From a virus: a stretch of DNA of 64,000 bases. The notes below the pieces were generated by a model, which did not search any database, was not told the origin of the DNA, and saw nothing but the letters and a program-made list of their open reading frames with translations. The DNA lies in the IMG/VR virus record IMGVR_UViG_3300033508_000214, positions 1-64,000 of that record, one strand, 5' to 3'. The translations under genes were made by a program, and so were the position numbers. Shown piece by piece: positions 59,614 through 64,000 of this stretch (position 1 is the first letter of the stretch; every line of letters begins with the position of its first letter).

Positions 59614-60110
59614 CGTAAATTCTGTCTTGAATTTCTAACTAAAACATTGTATAATTAATGCTTAAACGGAGAAAACAATGTCTAAAGCACAAGTTATTAA
59701 GCGTGTTAATGCAGCCTGCAACTTTTGGGCTGATACTTTTAATGAAGATTACTGTGAGTGTCTAAGCTGGGAAGAGGTTCAGGAAACGGATAAAGATAAT
59801 AAAGAAGTATTATTTATGTTCAAAAAAGAACTTGGCGCGTGTGGGTATTAAAATTTACACTTGCGCAGCTTTTACCAAAGTGTTATAATTGTTACTTAAC
59901 GCGATAGAAGGGCACACCGAGGGGAACCTGCTATAGTTTGCTACATGATTAACTACCATTAGTATATTCTATACAATAAACCGCACGTCGTGCTTTTGAT
60001 AAAGAGGGTACAGGCTAGAGTAGTTACCTAGGTTAGGGCCACTTTCGCGTAGTATTAACTAGCTTGAGGCTAGTACCAGATTGACAGTTCTGGGTTATCA
60101 AAAGGTCAAT

Positions 60111-60186
60111 CAGATACTAGCTCACTTGGTAGAGCGCTAGCTTTGGGAGCTTGAGGCAGAAGGTTCGATCCCTTCGTATCTGACCA
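60111..60186 (+). tRNA. tRNA-Pro(TGG)
   Basis: cagatac/gtatctg, loop ttTGGga, TTCGA, CCA. Confidence 0.85.
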
Positions 60187-60368
60187 ATTAATTTAATACT
60201 AATTAGCATCCACTTCGGTGGGGGCTTTGCGAACCAGAGAAATAAAGGTATTCCGGCTGGTATATCCTTAAAGCGGTTCATCTCTATTGATAGTAGCGTC
60301 GAAACCTATGAACCTTAGAGTATATAACTAGAGATAGTTATAGGTAGTATATTAGTATTAAATTAAAT

Positions 60369-60440
60369 GGGGTTGTAGTGCTAATGGGAACACACCGGTT
60401 TTGCAAATCGGAATTGAGAGTTCGATCCTCTCCAGCTCCA
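60369..60440 (+). tRNA. tRNA-Ala(TGC)
   Basis: ggggttg/cagctcc with G3-U70, ccggt-ttTGCaa-atcgg; CCA not encoded. Confidence 0.8.
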
Positions 60441-60511
60441 CAAAAATTAACTTGATTTTTCTTTGCTTATGGTGCATAATATACTTATTATGACCAATAG
60501 AGTATCGAAAA

Positions 60512-61138
60512 ATGGAAAATTTTACTAATCAAATAATAAGTAAGCTACAACTAAATCCAGATAAGGTTTCGAGAAAAGCAATTCGTGGATGCAGTGGTTT
60601 TACTATTAAAGAACTAATTTATAGTATTCTAACGCATACATCGTTAGAAACTGCATCAAATAGTTTAGGATATTCCTCTACTATTTCTATGAAAAAAGCC
60701 TTGTCTGAGTATATAACTCCTTATTTTGAACATCGGCGCGTAGAGTTTGGTTTTGGTGGTACTGGAAAAGGTGTACCTAAAACTTGGAAAGGCGAGCTAC
60801 TATATTTTATAGGATATAAGGAATGTACTAGTTGTGCTACAGTTAAACCTATAGATGAGTTTGGTATTAATAATGGTAAAGGTTTACGTTCTGAATGTGG
60901 TAATTGCCATACTTTTGATACCAAATTACAAAAAATTGATATTAAAAACAGAATACCTACATGGGTAGATATGCGTTCTATAAAGATGTTCTACTCAGCT
61001 TGTCCCAAAGGTATGCACGTAGATCATATTATACCTTTGAGAGGTACTTTAGTATCGGGGCTTCATGTACTAGAGAATTTGCAGTACTTATCTGCAAAAG
61101 ATAATCTTGCTAAAAATAATAAGTATGACGTAATATAA
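60512..61138 (+). CDS. HNH homing endonuclease
   Basis: CxxC..Cxx[29 protein letters not shown]; own promoter. Confidence 0.9.
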   Translation: MENFTNQIISKLQLNPDKVSRKAIRGCSGFTIKELIYSILTHTSLETASNSLGYSSTISMKKALSEYITPYFEHRRVEFGFGGTGKGVPKTWKGELLYFIGYKECTSCATVKPIDEFGINNGKGLRSECGNCHTFDTKLQKIDIKNRIPTWVDMRSIKMFYSACPKGMHVDHIIPLRGTLVSGLHVLENLQYLSAKDNLAKNNKYDVI

Positions 61139-62011
61139 GGGTTTCTATGTTTAATCAAATTTCTAAAAGTAATACATCCACCTAGCATACCCTTATTCCC
61201 TATTGAATAAGGGGCTTCTGCCCCATTTTCTTTTGCCTGCTGATAGCATTAGGTTCAGACTAGGTATAGCTAGATCACTTATACTACCCACATCCATGCA
61301 AGGTCGCTACTTGTATATGTAGATGTTCCGCGACATTTGTACCCGGATAACATATGCTAGTATTCTGCCTAGTCTTATACACTAGGTTCCTACATTGATC
61401 TGTATAAGGGATTAATACGGAGTAGATTGAAGAGAATGCTGGCATATGTTAATTTTAGCACAACATAATCATATACTATGAAACGAAACAAAGCATTAAA
61501 CAAACTAAAGTCTTATAGGTCTTATGTATCTACAATGAAGCGTAAGCGTTCTGACGAACTTTTTGACTGGCTAAAGATAGTGTATTGCCAATCTATGGGG
61601 ATACCTTACCATGCATAGCTTTGCTTGGATAGGTTTTGAAAAAGTTCAATCAGTACCTGTAGTGTTTCCTATGACCCTATGGATTGTACCGGCTAATGAT
61701 GGCGTAATGATTAGTAAATCAAAATTATGATAAACTTTTTAAGTTGGCTAGCAGGAATTGTAACAGGGGTTGTATTATATACATTTCTTGTATGCACATA
61801 TTTAGTAAAATAAATTATGTCTTGAACGTATAACCAAAACATTGTATAATTAATGCTTAAACGGAGAACATAATGAAGTATATTAAAGGTTTGGAAAAAG
61901 AACTAAAAAAGGCATTAGCAGAACAGGATGAACATCCTCTTAGCGGTTCTACTGCTCGTAAGGTAGCTATGTTACAACGTGAAATTGAAGCAGCTTATAG
62001 AAAGAAAAACG

Positions 62012-62236
62012 ATGAAAGCATTTGAAGCGATAGCTATACTGGAAGCACTTGACCCTAGTCACGAAGTTACGCTGACTATTAACACTAATAAGTGTACTAA
62101 GTCATTTGAGCCGATTCCTACTAAATCTACCCAAACAACTATATGGGATGACTATACTCGTGAATGGGTGCTTGGTAAGCAGTTCTGGCCTAATCAGAAC
62201 CACTACGACAGTATTTCCACAAGTACTATTCATTGA
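62012..62236 (+). CDS. Hypothetical protein
   Basis: Likely start MKAFEAIA. Confidence 0.5.
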   Translation: MKAFEAIAILEALDPSHEVTLTINTNKCTKSFEPIPTKSTQTTIWDDYTREWVLGKQFWPNQNHYDSISTSTIH

Positions 62237-62372
62237 AAGATACTTATGAAAGATAGTGACAAACGCAAGCTAGTGAAACGAAATGTATTCGTTCCACTAG
62301 CTATGAATAGAAAAGCAGGCTCACATACTAAACCGTATAAGAGCTTGCGAGGAAAAGAGAACCGTGATATTT

Positions 62373-62446
62373 GGGATTGAAACATTAAGGTGATGTAACG
62401 GCCCTTTAAGCCGTAAAACTCGGATCGTTACCGTGCAGTCCTACCA
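62373..62446 (+). tRNA. tRNA-Lys(TTT), atypical
   Basis: acggc-ccTTTaa-gccgt (C at position 33), T-loop ATCGTTA, CCA. Confidence 0.65.
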
Positions 62447-62990
62447 TATTTAAGAATACTAAGGATCAGTTTAACCTTGTCGGCCGCATCGTGTTAAAAC
62501 TCCTAAATCCCTGGCAGTCCATGCGCGCTTCATGCGTCATTCTTCAGGCAAGTGAGAATAGTAGTATTCTTAAATATGGTGCCAAGCTTAGCTTAAACGC
62601 TCCCTTTGTTTAACTAGCTCAAATTGGCTAAAAATAAAGCTAAACTGGTCGAGTATGCTTTACCCATTATCAGACTTGAGGGCTGTCGTCCAATAGTAAC
62701 AAGACAGTATATTCTAGCCTAGGGAGCTAGGGCATACTTTAGTAGTTTTGTCAGTGTATTCTGGAACGGATTGATAAACCGTGAAACTACTAAACTATGT
62801 CAATTATTAACACTTTAAATTATGAATAACCTTATAGCTATTCCTAAAGAATACTTCAAAGAGAAACCATCCTTAGAAGATTATATTGCAGCCCATGCCC
62901 CTACTAATATGTTTCATATTTCCTTTCTAGAAACTCAGTATTGTAGATTCATGGTATCTAAAAACTATTGGGGTATGTCATTTTAATTAC

Positions 62991-63065
62991 TGGGGTATAT
63001 TGTAGTAGAAAACACCGCAGACTTTGACCCTGTTATCCTACGTTTGAACCGTAGTACCCCTGTCA
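62991..63065 (+). tRNA. Degenerate tRNA-Gln(TTG)
   Basis: ggggta/tacccc acceptor, loop ctTTGac, T-loop TTTGAAC, ends TCA rather than CCA. Confidence 0.55.
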
Positions 63066-64000
63066 TTCTAGTATAGTGCTAGACGTTTAAGCCCATAAGC
63101 GTATGTTCTCCACGTAAGTTGAGAAGCTGGATTACATAACCAGCAAGAATTATTCCAGTAGACCCAAGTATGCACATGGGCGACACTGTTAATGCCTAAT
63201 TAAATAGACTCTATTACCGGATTCAATCTTTATAGCTGAACAAAACCTTAGTAAGACCCATCTATCAGGGTATATACCAGCCAATAGCTATGATTACTAT
63301 AATAGCATAAAGCGCATACTCTGCGTATTGGTGAACATATAAGTTCTTAAAATCACGATAGAAGCTATAAAAATTTGAGCTTGTATCTATTATTAAATTG
63401 TTCTATAATAGATACTTCAGAACAAAAGTTAATTAAAGATTAAACTCTGGCTGTGGCCACAGTAAAATGAACCAGCTATACACAATACTAAGCAGGGGTA
63501 ATTATCCTGTGAAGTAGCGAGACGCTGAACGGTGTATTAAGGTAATTCCTTGTTAAACCTAATAGAGTTTGCACAGAGTCTAATCTTTAATTAATCCTAG
63601 TGATGTAGTGTAGTACCAAATCTTCTGAGTCCTTGTGACTTTCGACAAACCACACAATTTTTATTGTGTGTAAAGCTAAGGGAATGACAGTTACTTCATA
63701 TGAATGATCTAAAGCACGGACTTTATCCTCCGTACCCTTGACCCTAGTAGGGACTTGGGAAATAGATGAAAAACCTCGATTTCTGGCATTACGAGGCTAA
63801 ACATAAGGCCAGAGCACTGACAACGAAAATTCTCACTGCTAGGATTAGTTACCCTTAACCAAAGGAACTTAATGTATTATAAAGATTTAGAAACTGACGC
63901 TAAAGCTAAATGTGATCACGATGCAGCGCAAAACGCTGCTGCTGCTGCCGCTGCTAAGCGTCGTACTAAGAAAACTAACTAAAATTATTACTTAGTAATA

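Noticed and set aside
60021-60061. Pistol ribozyme (GGTTAGGGCCAC word)
   Set aside because: The P1 stem and downstream pseudoknot partner could not be formed.
63150-63230. tRNA-Asn (ctGTTaa loop)
   Set aside because: No convincing T-arm or acceptor stem.
63592-63847. tmRNA
   Set aside because: Lacks tRNA-Ala-like ends and a tag reading frame.

Overview
This window is about 64 kb of a lytic, AT-rich, T5-like siphophage genome. Gene order and several proteins resemble T5/Demerecviridae, but the tail tip is not T5-like. (1) 1-38.9 kb, minus strand, is the late morphogenesis operon: TerS, TerL, nicking HNH, portal, fused protease-major capsid protein, head/tail completion proteins, major tail protein, frameshifted tail chaperones, a 3,497-aa tape measure, hub, several fibres and a GC-rich distal fibre/lipoprotein module. 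Free-standing homing endonucleases are inserted in it. (2) 39-48 kb is a repeat-rich, pre-early-like region of small genes (SprT-like, HAD phosphatase, DEDDh exonuclease, T5 A2-like proteins) separated by re-used hairpin/operator/promoter units. (3) 48-55 kb holds a promoter-driven non-coding RNA that begins with a canonical hammerhead ribozyme, then leftward early genes (metallophosphoesterase, ThyX, SleB-like hydrolase). (4) 55-64 kb is a tRNA cluster (10 tRNA or tRNA-like genes) interleaved with non-coding modules clamped by long inverted repeats. The best leads are RNA-based: a covarying pseudoknotted leader shared by three GIY-YIG genes, a possibly switchable hammerhead RNA tied to a ~17-copy dispersed DNA motif, and the clamped ncRNA modules between tRNAs. 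All family assignments are from motif recognition by eye; no database search was run.
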